IMG/VR virus record: IMGVR_UViG_3300046007_014223
Span: 18,802 to 82,801 of that record
DNA: 64,000 nucleotides
Strand: one strand, 5' to 3'
Source: a virus
In this document: in pieces, positions 1 to 9,578 of the stretch
How positions within the stretch are numbered: the first letter of the stretch is position 1
Layout of the letters: each line of letters opens with the position of its first letter
Made by a program: the position numbers and the translations under genes
The notes under the pieces: model-generated
What the model saw: only the letters and a program-made list of their open reading frames with translations
Database searches by the model: none
What the model was told of the DNA's origin: nothing

Positions 1-1
1 A

Positions 2-592
2 AACATAGATTACATTGATGAATATATTGTTTCGAACTTCAATAAGTTAGAAGATATAGAGAAGATATGTGATTACACTTTTTCATCTAAAATCGATGTA
101 TTAGTAAATAACGCAGGCATTAACATCATAAACGATTTTGTAGATATACCTCCATCGGAGTTTATTCAAATACAGCAAGTTAACGTCTACGCCCCTTTTC
201 GCATTAGTCAACAAGCCATTAAAAACATGATTGAAAATAATTGGGGACGCATTGTCAATGTGAGTTCAGTATGGGGGATCATTAGTAAGAGCGGTCGTGC
301 AAGTTATAGCACAAGCAAGTTTGGAATAGATGGGCTTACATTAGCAATTGCTAATGAGCATGCACATAATGGAATTTTATGTAATAGCGTCGCCCCTGGG
401 TTTATTGATACTGACATGACTTGGAAGAATCTTGGTAATGAGGGGGTCTTAAAAATTTTAGAAGGTGTTCCAATCAAAAGATTGGCTAAAGTTAACGAGG
501 TGGCTAATTTAATTTATATGTTGGGTAGTGAGCAAAATACATATATCTCAGGGCAAAATATAGCGATTGATGGAGGGTTTACACGTGCTTAA
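2..592 (+). CDS. Short-chain dehydrogenase/reductase (FabG-like SDR), 5'-truncated by the window edge
   Basis: Frame is open from position 2, upstream of the track's ATG at 227. It encodes IDVLVNNAGIN, then the catalytic YSTSK (YxxxK), NSVAPGFIDTDM and a C-terminal ISGQNIAIDGGFT. Confidence 0.9.
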   Translation, partial: NIDYIDEYIVSNFNKLEDIEKICDYTFSSKIDVLVNNAGINIINDFVDIPPSEFIQIQQVNVYAPFRISQQAIKNMIENNWGRIVNVSSVWGIISKSGRASYSTSKFGIDGLTLAIANEHAHNGILCNSVAPGFIDTDMTWKNLGNEGVLKILEGVPIKRLAKVNEVANLIYMLGSEQNTYISGQNIAIDGGFTRA

Positions 593-1619
593 TATTAAAA
601 GTCATTCTTGTGATTATTGTGTTGAAATAGACAACCAAATAAAAACTAATGGGAAAATTCCCTCATTGGGCACACACTTTGTCATAGACAAAAAGGTATA
701 TGAAACCTTACCTGATGAGTTAAAACTTTCGTTGTTTAATGTTGTTCTTATAGAGGCGAATGAACAAACTAAAAGTTACCAAGGAATCGAACCTATTATA
801 GTAGAGCTTTTACAACAAAATTTGAGGCGTGATAGCACATTAGTAGCAATCGGGGGAGGGATAACACAAGATATCACATGCTTTATTGCTACAACATTCA
901 TGCGCGGAATAAAATGGGCTTTCGTTCCCACTACTCTATTAGCTCAGGCTGATAGTTGTATAGGTAGTAAAAGTAGTATAAATTTTAACAGTTACAAGAA
1001 TCTTCTTGGTAGTTTCACCCCCCCAAATAGAATCATCATATCTCAACAATTTTTAGAAACATTGCCTGATAATGACTTTACTAGCGGAGTGGGTGAAATA
1101 GCTAAACTTCTTATCATAGCAGGGAAGAATTTTGAATTTGGTCGTGTGAATCACACTACCATTTTTAATTTCACACTCGAAGCGTTGATGATAAAACGTG
1201 AATTTATTGAAAAGGATGAATTCGATAAAGGCATTCGACAAATTTTAAATTATGGACATTGTATTGGTCATGGAATCGAAAGCGCCACTAACTTTGTTAT
1301 ACCTCATGGTATAGCTATCTCTATGGGTATGGATGTAGTAAATCGTTTCGCACTAAACAAAAACCTGATTACGCAAGAACGATTTCAACATTTACATAAC
1401 TCTATCGCACCACTATACCAAAATTTTAATAAGATTGCAATACAAGTAGAAAAAGTATTCTATTCACAAACCAAAGACAAAAAAAATACAGGCAATAAAA
1501 TAAATCTTGTGCTCCCAGTGGGGAATAAAATTGAAAAACATGGGTTTGAAAACGAAAAAGCTCTATGGGATGAATTGCATAGAGCTTTTTCGCAAACACC
1601 TATTGCTATTCAATCATAG
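585..1619 (+). CDS. AroB/dehydroquinate synthase-related sugar phosphate cyclase
   Basis: GGGITQD, VPTTLLAQADSCIGSKSSIN, KNLLGSF, LNYGHCIGHGIES and HGIAISMG are divergent versions of DHQS-superfamily motifs. Likely start is GTG at 585 (GGAGG at 572-576); the ORF track starts at 567. Confidence 0.85.
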   Translation: MLNIKSHSCDYCVEIDNQIKTNGKIPSLGTHFVIDKKVYETLPDELKLSLFNVVLIEANEQTKSYQGIEPIIVELLQQNLRRDSTLVAIGGGITQDITCFIATTFMRGIKWAFVPTTLLAQADSCIGSKSSINFNSYKNLLGSFTPPNRIIISQQFLETLPDNDFTSGVGEIAKLLIIAGKNFEFGRVNHTTIFNFTLEALMIKREFIEKDEFDKGIRQILNYGHCIGHGIESATNFVIPHGIAISMGMDVVNRFALNKNLITQERFQHLHNSIAPLYQNFNKIAIQVEKVFYSQTKDKKNTGNKINLVLPVGNKIEKHGFENEKALWDELHRAFSQTPIAIQS

Positions 1620-2406
1620 CTTTCCATCTCGACTCAAGCATTTCAATGCGTGTATCATCTTCTCTAAAGATGCTACCATAATAGTCACGCTTGTTTTTCA
1701 ACCATAGCAATTCAAACTTAACCGCTGCAATTAGAGCTTTATCGGCGGCAGGCAATTGAATTGCTTCACCCTTAAAAATAATCTTACGTGTCTCATAACG
1801 ATCTAAATGCACACTTTGAACTTCTCGTATTGATGGAATAGCGTCACGACTGATGCCCCCACCCATAACAAGTTCAATACCTGCCTTTTTACATGAGTGC
1901 GCTGTTGCAACAACTTTCTCAGTTACAAAATCTTTGTTGACATCTTCGCGACCGTTGGCTCCCATACTCATAACAAAATCGACTCGACCAAATACCAGGC
2001 CATCTAATCCATCTTGAACTTTTGCTGCTTCAATCATTCCATCAAGATTTTCGAAACCTGTGATTGTTTCAAGATTTGTTAAAAACTTGACTTCCTTGCG
2101 GTCATCAGAATCAAAAATTTTATTTTTTGAACTGATAAACTTCGATAAAGCATATGGAGTTTCAACCATTGGGGCAATGATATAATCTACTCCAAACTGC
2201 TTAACTTCCATCAAGTCACGCATCGCTTCACATCCGCCAATTTTAAGGCCGATGCCCAAATCTGCCTTTCGGGCGATTTCAATCAATCGTAGCAATTCAT
2301 CTGTTCGAGTTCCCTCTGCTTCAAATTCTGCCTTGACTGCTGTATATCCAAATTCTTGTTTACCCTGTTTAAGAATATCAAGCATTTGCCGTTCTTTTAA
2401 GTTCAT
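1606..2406 (-). CDS. HpcH/HpaI aldolase / citrate lyase family protein
   Basis: KAEFEAEG, LKIGGCEA, IIAPMVET, NLETITG and LVFGRVDF match the aldolase-like family found in polysaccharide loci. Confidence 0.75.
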   Translation of the reverse strand: MNLKERQMLDILKQGKQEFGYTAVKAEFEAEGTRTDELLRLIEIARKADLGIGLKIGGCEAMRDLMEVKQFGVDYIIAPMVETPYALSKFISSKNKIFDSDDRKEVKFLTNLETITGFENLDGMIEAAKVQDGLDGLVFGRVDFVMSMGANGREDVNKDFVTEKVVATAHSCKKAGIELVMGGGISRDAIPSIREVQSVHLDRYETRKIIFKGEAIQLPAADKALIAAVKFELLWLKNKRDYYGSIFREDDTRIEMLESRWKAMIE

Positions 2407-2420
2407 TTTTTATCTCCTAT

Positions 2421-3740
2421 TTACTCAATTAGACTCATAAAGCTATCAACCTGTTCACCAATATAAGCAATTTGCTCTGGTGTAATCACAGGGCTAGTCC
2501 CGTGAAAATATGTATCTCCCATGACCTTGGTTGCATTAGGATAGTTTACTTTTGCATCGTCCGCCCTCATAATGCTCGAATAAGCGGGTTGTAGCATCAG
2601 ATTTCCTGCAAAGTAGGGTCGTGTTTGAATTAACCTGTCTTCAAGATGATTTACAATATCGATACGTTTAAATGGCGCACCATCTTTAATAGTAAGAGGG
2701 AATGCAAACCATGAAGGATCAGCACCTTTTTGTGGGCGAGGGAGGTGGAAAAATTCTTCATATTTTTCGTAAATTTTAAAAAGCAAGTTATAATTTCGCT
2801 TTCTTAGGGCATGTATTTCTTCTAGTTTGGTTAGTTGTACAAGCCCCATTGCGCCTTGTATTTCAATAGGTTTAAGATTGTAACCTATTTCATCGTAAAC
2901 GTATTTGTGATCAAAAATCTCACCACACATGTTAGGAATCCATTCAGAAAATCTTTTACCACATGTACCACATTGCAACTTATTCGCCTCAGGTCCCACG
3001 CAATAGCACCCACGACCCCATTCACGAAAGCTGCGCAAAATTACTTCTTGCTCGTATGTATTACATGCGACGAACCCACCTTCACCCATTGTCATATGAT
3101 GTGCAGGATAAAAGGAACAAGAAGCCATATCACCAAATGACCCCAAAGGTTTCCCATCATGTGTGCTTCCCAAGGCATCACAGCAATCTTCTAAAAATAT
3201 CAAATTATATTTTTTAACCAAATCCATAATTGCAGGCATATCCGGACAATTACCTAAAACATGTGCAAATGTAATTACCTTAACATTGTTTTTTCTGATA
3301 ATATCTTCTAGACCTTCAAGATTTATGTTCAAAGTATCGAGTTCGATGTCTGCGAACACAGGAACAAACCCGTTCTGAACTATGGGATTAAAGGTGGTTG
3401 GGAATCCTGCGATTGGAACTAGAACCTTAGTACCTTCAGGGAGATTGTACCCCCTCTTTGACTTTAAAGAAGTCATCATTAGCAAGTTTGCACTTGAGCC
3501 TGAGTTAGTTAGAATGCCATGATTCTTCCCAAATTGTGGAGGAAATTTTTTTTCGAAATCAAGACACTTATTACCCATAACAAGCCATCCATCAAGAAGG
3601 GTGTCCATTACTGAAGCGTACTCTCTTTCATCAAAGTAAGGCCCAGCGTAATTAACGAAGTCTTTACCTGCAACCCATTTCTTATTTTTTCCTTTATCTT
3701 TAAAGTATTCAGAAACTTTAGAAATAATTTCTTGCTTCAT
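2421..3740 (-). CDS. rfbH: CDP-4-keto-6-deoxyglucose 3-dehydratase (RfbH/DdhC, E1; PMP- and Fe-S-dependent)
   Basis: DegT/DnrJ fold (NSGSSANLL, EDCCDALGS), SFYPAHHMTMGEGG with His in place of the Schiff-base Lys, the WGRGCYC...CGTCGKRF Fe-S segment and DHKYVYDEIGYNLK. Confidence 0.88.
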   Translation of the reverse strand: MKQEIISKVSEYFKDKGKNKKWVAGKDFVNYAGPYFDEREYASVMDTLLDGWLVMGNKCLDFEKKFPPQFGKNHGILTNSGSSANLLMMTSLKSKRGYNLPEGTKVLVPIAGFPTTFNPIVQNGFVPVFADIELDTLNINLEGLEDIIRKNNVKVITFAHVLGNCPDMPAIMDLVKKYNLIFLEDCCDALGSTHDGKPLGSFGDMASCSFYPAHHMTMGEGGFVACNTYEQEVILRSFREWGRGCYCVGPEANKLQCGTCGKRFSEWIPNMCGEIFDHKYVYDEIGYNLKPIEIQGAMGLVQLTKLEEIHALRKRNYNLLFKIYEKYEEFFHLPRPQKGADPSWFAFPLTIKDGAPFKRIDIVNHLEDRLIQTRPYFAGNLMLQPAYSSIMRADDAKVNYPNATKVMGDTYFHGTSPVITPEQIAYIGEQVDSFMSLIE

Positions 3741-3741
3741 A

Positions 3742-4674
3742 TTATCCCCAATATGCAAATGTGCTTTCTAATCCAGGAACCCTGTCGCGATTTTGTGGTT
3801 GATCTATTTGTAATGGATAAATCCAATGATCATTGAACATTTGATTCCATTCATTATAACCTGAGACCTTTGCCCACCGACCACCCTTAACACCGAAGTA
3901 TAATTGTATCACACCTCCAGTTTGTATGCCAATTTTACCTAAACTTTTTGCATGATCAACGAATATTGGAGACGAGGTGCTTGCACCAGATAATAACACA
4001 TCAAAGTCATATGACTCAATCAAAGTTTTAATATGATTAACCATATCCCCCCACGTATTGCAATTAGGATATTGTCTGTCATCGATTGCGGGATGATAGG
4101 GAGCACGAATAACATCAACCAAATCAAAAGGAACAATTTTTTGCAAATTTTCTCCCCAAATTAGTTTACGCTTGTTCCATTGACTTTTAATACTATTTGC
4201 ATGAGTAGAAATTACTAAAACTTTTTTTCCCTTTAAATACTGTGTCCATGGATCAAAGGAGATTGGATGTTGAAGGTTTTCAATATAAAGTTTTGAGTAA
4301 CCCAAAAGCGATCCGGGATCAAATACCATATACCCTTCACTAAAAAAAAGAACTTTATCTTTTAGAGGTTCTGTTAAAGGCGACCCATTTCGTATGACAT
4401 TTGAAATATCAACAAATCCTATTGCATTCGCTCTAAACATACATTCATAGGTTTTCTCATATGCAACTGATATTGCATACTCAGGGGTGTTGGGATATAC
4501 ACCACCTTCAAGAATAGTTAAGGGATTAAAAAATTGTTGTGAGATGGGTGTATTTTTTGCTACACAATCCATCACATATCCTGCAGTGTTGTCAAGGCGA
4601 ATAACTGAAGCAGGCTCTCCTCTTATTAGAAGATCGCTTAAGTATTCATTCATTTCATAAAAATTTTTATTCAT
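3742..4674 (-). CDS. Putative glycosyltransferase, GT-D-fold-like
   Basis: C-terminal DFDVLLSGA...HAKSLGKIGIQTGGVIQLYFGVKGGRW resembles the GT-D-like signature; lies within a sugar island. Confidence 0.55.
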   Translation of the reverse strand: MNKNFYEMNEYLSDLLIRGEPASVIRLDNTAGYVMDCVAKNTPISQQFFNPLTILEGGVYPNTPEYAISVAYEKTYECMFRANAIGFVDISNVIRNGSPLTEPLKDKVLFFSEGYMVFDPGSLLGYSKLYIENLQHPISFDPWTQYLKGKKVLVISTHANSIKSQWNKRKLIWGENLQKIVPFDLVDVIRAPYHPAIDDRQYPNCNTWGDMVNHIKTLIESYDFDVLLSGASTSSPIFVDHAKSLGKIGIQTGGVIQLYFGVKGGRWAKVSGYNEWNQMFNDHWIYPLQIDQPQNRDRVPGLESTFAYWG

Positions 4675-5377
4675 GCTTTAGTAGTTGTACAATTTGTTGT
4701 CGGTCATTTTTAATCCAATGAAATAAAACTTTTAGATTATGAGGTAGAACATTAAATAGTTGTGCCATTTCTGTTTCAGCTTGTACCTTATTATAGTTTG
4801 TTCCTGGTGGATGATCAATGGTGTGAAAGTAATCCCGAATCACAAGTCGACCCATGAGATAACTTATCGCAGGGAAAATAATATCCCACCCCCATCCCAT
4901 TTTGTAGGGGGACATATCTATTTTTTCTTGTTTGAAAACATCAATAACATCTTTATGAATAAACCAACATGTACAATCAGGACAGGCAACAAGTTTCATT
5001 GTTTTATCTCTCAGTTCAACACCTGCAATATCTGTTCGGGTAGAATCGTACCATGTATAATCAACGTTGGGTGCATAGATTCCCCAGTTATAGGTTTCAT
5101 ATGAATCATTTGCGTCCTGTAAAAGATTTTGCCAATCCCTATAAGAAGCATCACCTTGAATATGAAAAAGAACATCACCATCAAAAAGTTCTAATGCTTT
5201 CAGGAATTGATCTGTAAAGTATGCACTTTCACCAACGTTTACCCACCCCTCATCGTTGTGTGTTTCATCTGAATTTATGATGAGAGGTGTGTGTCCAATA
5301 GAATTTAGTTGTTCTATTTTTTCTTTGGTCTTATCATACTGCCCACGCCAATTAAAAATAAATGACTGTATCTTCAC
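4667..5377 (-). CDS. Putative GT-A fold glycosyltransferase
   Basis: FIFNW N-terminus, LFHIQGDA (DxD-like), DCTCWFI, GWGWD and a C-terminal His (IDHP); context within the sugar island. Confidence 0.5.
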   Translation of the reverse strand: MKIQSFIFNWRGQYDKTKEKIEQLNSIGHTPLIINSDETHNDEGWVNVGESAYFTDQFLKALELFDGDVLFHIQGDASYRDWQNLLQDANDSYETYNWGIYAPNVDYTWYDSTRTDIAGVELRDKTMKLVACPDCTCWFIHKDVIDVFKQEKIDMSPYKMGWGWDIIFPAISYLMGRLVIRDYFHTIDHPPGTNYNKVQAETEMAQLFNVLPHNLKVLFHWIKNDRQQIVQLLKHE

Positions 5378-6248
5378 GTTTTTTTATTCTCCGATAAACA
5401 ATAGCATCAAACCAATTTAAAAAGTTATCAAGGTTAACATAATAAGGGGGAATGTTATGTACGAATTTTGGTTGTGATATGTGGCTTTTATATAAGTCCT
5501 CATTTTCATCTAACCTTTGAATGTGCTCAATAGCTTTATTAAAGTTTGCGAACCTGTGCATATTAACAAATGCATGACCATTAAAGTCTGCTGCAATTGT
5601 AGGGCTTCCCCAATAGATCGGAACCGTTTGTGCATAAAAAGCGTGTAAAATCTTTTCTGTTACATATCCCGGATGTGAATAGCTTTCAAAACAAATATTG
5701 AATTTTCTTGTTGACAGAAAATCGATTTTAGCTTTCTCTCCTTCAAGATTTGCCTCAATATTGTTGAAGTGTTTACCCCCACTATCAATCTTTTTATATT
5801 CAGATAAAGCATTATAGAAGTCATTACGTGTTTTGCAATTGGGGTTGCTTACAACAAAACTTGCAAATCCTGTCTTTTCTTTAACATCAGTAGGATTAAA
5901 AATATACTCATACTTGTAGTTTGTCTTATGAATATGTTCAAGCGCCCACATATAGATTACGAAAAGAGGCAAACGATAATGCCAAGCATGTAAATTGTGG
6001 TCAAATGAAATTGCATAATCGCAATCATATTTTTCGGGTCTTTTATTCTCACCTGTGTAGAAAATTTTAACTACATCTTTTCGCGAAAATTTTTTATTTG
6101 ATTGACCAAAATTGTCATCACCGAAAATCAAAAAATCGGGATTGTCGTGATCTAGTTCTATGTCAAATCTTCTCGCTAGAATATTGTAAAAGAAAGTAGC
6201 TATATGTTCATGCGTATCTGTAAAGCCTAATTTAATTTTTGGTTTCAT
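5352..6248 (-). CDS. Alpha-1,3/4-fucosyltransferase, GT10 family
   Basis: KIFYTGEN, FASFVVSN and the GT10 motif KFNICFES...GYVTEKILHAFYAQTVPIYWG. Confidence 0.9.
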   Translation of the reverse strand: MKPKIKLGFTDTHEHIATFFYNILARRFDIELDHDNPDFLIFGDDNFGQSNKKFSRKDVVKIFYTGENKRPEKYDCDYAISFDHNLHAWHYRLPLFVIYMWALEHIHKTNYKYEYIFNPTDVKEKTGFASFVVSNPNCKTRNDFYNALSEYKKIDSGGKHFNNIEANLEGEKAKIDFLSTRKFNICFESYSHPGYVTEKILHAFYAQTVPIYWGSPTIAADFNGHAFVNMHRFANFNKAIEHIQRLDENEDLYKSHISQPKFVHNIPPYYVNLDNFLNWFDAIVYRRIKKREDTVIYF

Positions 6249-7140
6249 TAATCACCCATTCGAATGTTTTAAAAATTGAGTCATCTGAATGATCAGTCAC
6301 ATGCTTATAATTACATTTGACCTTCACTTTGTTTGACATTGATTCATTGGGACCCTTACAAAAAGAAACAATCGTTTTACTTTCATCTTTTAAATTTTTC
6401 CCCGTCTCACAAAAAACAAAAGGTCCTGAATTTTTTCCTATAATTGCGTTACACTTTGTACTCAAATACGAGATTTCATTTAAGTCACATGTATTATGTG
6501 GACGATCAAACCAGTAAGGGTTGACACCAGTAAAGAATTGTTCAGTGTCTTGAATTATATCATCAGTGCATAAAATGTTAAATACATTTGCTTTTATTTT
6601 TTTAGTGCAAATAAAGTCAATGTCTTCGTTTTGTTTTGCAAACAGTTCAATCACTTCATTCATATCAGATTCAAATGATTGATTTGACATAGGTTTACCA
6701 TTGCAGATAAGAATTTTCTTTCTATCATTATTCGCAACAAATTTATCAACATTTGTTACATTAAAATAAGAGTAATCGACTTCAGGTAAATATCTTTCCG
6801 GATCATCATATAACTTAGCCCCCAATTTATCAAAAATTTGTTCCCAGCTTTCATATAATGATTGTAGATTTACACCCCCATGCCTTGTAAAAATATCATT
6901 CCACACACCAATCCATGTATTGATTGCAATCACTTCCCCTTGGTCATAAAATTTGATATTGTTATCTATTGTATTAGGCAAATTAGTAAGAGGTATATTT
7001 AAATCAAGATTTACCTTTGGGTGATTGTAATGCCAATACTCAAAGTTATACGAAGGAAAAATACTTTTCAAATGCCGGGCGAATTCCTTGTGAGTGAATA
7101 AATCACCCCGATGGAAATGATTGAAAAGGATGATTCTCAT
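6232..7140 (-). CDS. Hypothetical protein, probable GT-B glycosyltransferase; paralog of 45254-46216
   Basis: NHFHRGDLF, INTWIG, LICNGKPMSNQS and CDLNEISYLSTKCNAIIGKNSGPF are shared with the 45-46 kb paralog. Confidence 0.45.
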   Translation of the reverse strand: MRIILFNHFHRGDLFTHKEFARHLKSIFPSYNFEYWHYNHPKVNLDLNIPLTNLPNTIDNNIKFYDQGEVIAINTWIGVWNDIFTRHGGVNLQSLYESWEQIFDKLGAKLYDDPERYLPEVDYSYFNVTNVDKFVANNDRKKILICNGKPMSNQSFESDMNEVIELFAKQNEDIDFICTKKIKANVFNILCTDDIIQDTEQFFTGVNPYWFDRPHNTCDLNEISYLSTKCNAIIGKNSGPFVFCETGKNLKDESKTIVSFCKGPNESMSNKVKVKCNYKHVTDHSDDSIFKTFEWVINETKN

Positions 7141-7484
7141 TCGACTCCCTTGTACAATTTTACTGAATCTTCTGCCAAAGATTTCCCGCGAATGATAGCA
7201 TCATCAACCATACGATTAATAGCTTGCACAAATTTAGGACGCTTTTGTTTAAAGCAAATATCAACCTTACGCTTAATATCAGCTAGTTCCTCATCTGATT
7301 TGGCAGCTTGTGCTGCATCCTCAAGCATCCATGTGCGAATATGAAGGATGACTAGCTTTTCAATAACTTCACCCAAGTTATCTGTTGGGATGTATTCTTC
7401 AATGTCAGGCATTTGTCTTTTCGTTAATACATCTTCAACGGTTCGAATAATAATACCTTCTAGTTCTTCAGCAAATATCGTCAT
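7137..7484 (-). CDS. Small helical hypothetical protein
   Basis: ORF coupled to its neighbours; GGAGG at 7491-7495 (minus strand) precedes the ATG at 7484; motif TDNLGEVIEKLVILHIRTW. Confidence 0.6.
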   Translation of the reverse strand: MTIFAEELEGIIIRTVEDVLTKRQMPDIEEYIPTDNLGEVIEKLVILHIRTWMLEDAAQAAKSDEELADIKRKVDICFKQKRPKFVQAINRMVDDAIIRGKSLAEDSVKLYKGVE

Positions 7485-8646
7485 ATACATCCTCCATAGC
7501 GTGTTCAAGTAATTTCATATGTTTGTTTCCTACAAAGTGATTGTTTCCAATATACACACCTTGTGAATGTAAAATTTCTGCGTTTGTTTTATGTTTGTTT
7601 GTTTCAATCTTATATCCTCTGTTAACCAAAAAAGGTTGTGTAAGAAGATTGCCGCTTACAATTGGGCGATACTCAATATTATAATGTTTAAATGCTTCTT
7701 TCATGATTCTAGCGATTTTTTCACTTTTGCATACGAAAGGAAAGCAAAAACTGCTATTGCCATCTTCATACGTATGAGGATAAAAAAGTGTAGGATATTG
7801 ATTAATGATTTTAACATATTGTTCGTAGTTATGTCTACGCTGTTCAATCATCGAATCTAATCTTTTAAGTTGTGAGGATCCGAGGACCGCACAAATTTCA
7901 TGGTTCCTAAAATTGTAACCATCTGTCATAAACAAAAAAGATGGTTCAATGTGTGAATATTTCTCAGCGTATTCTTTTTGTTTTGTCGATTCGCGAGCCA
8001 TCCCATGACTTCGCTTCATACGCATCAAATCGTATAGGTCAGCATTATTAGTTGATACCATACCCCCTTCAATAGTAGACATATGGTGTCCAAAGTAAAA
8101 ACTAAAAGTCGAACCTAAACTCTTTGATCCATACTTTTCACCTTCAACATCTTTACATCCATGCGACTCACAAATGTCATCGATAATAAGAGCATTGGGA
8201 AATAGTTTTTGTAGCTTATGATTATCCGCAGGGAACCCCAATAAGTGTGTTACAAAAATTGCTTTAATGTCTTTGTACTTTTTAGCGATTTGTTTTGCAT
8301 CATCAAGATCAAAACTATAATTTTGTAAGTTAATATCACAAAATATTGGCTGTAGACCCAATTGAAAAACAGGAGAGATGTTTGTAACCCATGTACATGC
8401 AGGAACAAGGACTTTATCTCCGTCCCTTAGATTATACAATTCTTTTACAGCGGAAAGTAAAAGCGTGTTTGCTGTACTTCCACTACTTACAAAAAGTGAA
8501 TGCTTTACACCTAGCCAGTTACTCCATTCTTGTTCAAATTTCTTGACCTTCTCCCCATACGTAAATCTTTTTGCAGTCATTACGAATGACGCCATTTTTA
8601 TCCTATCACCCCATGTAATAGTTTCACCCATCAAAGGCCATTTCAT
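7468..8646 (-). CDS. colD: GDP-4-keto-6-deoxymannose 3-dehydratase (ColD-like, DegT/DnrJ family)
   Basis: SSGSTANTL, DDICESHG and FSFYFGHHMSTIEGGMV (His in place of Lys); lacks the RfbH Fe-S cysteines; lies directly downstream of gmd-fcl. Confidence 0.75.
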   Translation of the reverse strand: MKWPLMGETITWGDRIKMASFVMTAKRFTYGEKVKKFEQEWSNWLGVKHSLFVSSGSTANTLLLSAVKELYNLRDGDKVLVPACTWVTNISPVFQLGLQPIFCDINLQNYSFDLDDAKQIAKKYKDIKAIFVTHLLGFPADNHKLQKLFPNALIIDDICESHGCKDVEGEKYGSKSLGSTFSFYFGHHMSTIEGGMVSTNNADLYDLMRMKRSHGMARESTKQKEYAEKYSHIEPSFLFMTDGYNFRNHEICAVLGSSQLKRLDSMIEQRRHNYEQYVKIINQYPTLFYPHTYEDGNSSFCFPFVCKSEKIARIMKEAFKHYNIEYRPIVSGNLLTQPFLVNRGYKIETNKHKTNAEILHSQGVYIGNNHFVGNKHMKLLEHAMEDVYDDIC

Positions 8647-9578
8647 AGGAATCTCCCTCGATTTTCTTTAAACCATGCAATCGTTCTTGCAAGTCCCTCA
8701 TCAAACGATACCTTAGGCTTCCATCCAAGATCGAATAGTTTTGTGTTGTCTAGTTTTCTTCTAGGTGTGCCGTTTGGTTTGTCTGTGTTCCAAAAAATTT
8801 CACCGCTGTATCCCACCTCACGTTTAATAATTTCAGAAAGCTCTTTGATTGTAATTTCTACATCACTTCCCACATTAATATGTTCTGATGAGTTGTATTC
8901 ATTCATTAAAAATAAACAGGCGTCTGCTAGATCATCAACATAAAGAAACTCACGTGTCGGAGAACCATCACCCCATGCCTCAACAGTGTCTTGTCCTTCA
9001 AGTTTGGCATTGTAAAATTTATTAATGAGACCTGGAATTACATGACACTTATCAGGAAAGAAATTATCATTAGGTCCATACAAATTTGCAGGCATCAAAC
9101 TAATAGTGTTCAACCCATACTGCTTTGTGTAATACTTAGCCATCGTTAATCCTGCAATCTTTGCGAGCGCGTATGCATCATTCGTTGGTTCCAGCTTTGC
9201 TGATAGCAGGTATTCTTCTTTGATCGGTTGAGGTGTGACTTTAGGATAAATGCACGCCGAACCCAAAAACAATAATTTCTTTACACCTGTTTTATAAGCT
9301 GCATCAATCACATTTGATTGAATCATCAGATTATCATAAATGAAATCTGCAGGGTGTGTTGCATTGAAATTGATACCGCCGACCTTTGCTGCAGCGAGAA
9401 AAACATGCTCAGGTCGATACGTTCGAAAAAAATATTTGACAGATTCCTGATCACGTAAATCTAATGAATCTTTTGGTCGTACAATAATATCCTTGTAACC
9501 ATTTTCAGTTAGTTTTTTTACAAGAGCAGTCCCCACCAACCCGTTTCCTGCTACGTATATTCTGCTATTCTTATCCAT
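8643..9578 (-). CDS. fcl: GDP-L-fucose synthase / GDP-colitose synthase (epimerase-reductase)
   Basis: [58 protein letters not shown]. Confidence 0.93.
   Translation of the reverse strand: MDKNSRIYVAGNGLVGTALVKKLTENGYKDIIVRPKDSLDLRDQESVKYFFRTYRPEHVFLAAAKVGGINFNATHPADFIYDNLMIQSNVIDAAYKTGVKKLLFLGSACIYPKVTPQPIKEEYLLSAKLEPTNDAYALAKIAGLTMAKYYTKQYGLNTISLMPANLYGPNDNFFPDKCHVIPGLINKFYNAKLEGQDTVEAWGDGSPTREFLYVDDLADACLFLMNEYNSSEHINVGSDVEITIKELSEIIKREVGYSGEIFWNTDKPNGTPRRKLDNTKLFDLGWKPKVSFDEGLARTIAWFKENRGRFL

Noticed and set aside
585-1619. Shikimate pathway aroB as an auxiliary metabolic gene
   Set aside because: The motifs are divergent, no other aro genes are present, and the neighbours are sugar-pathway genes.
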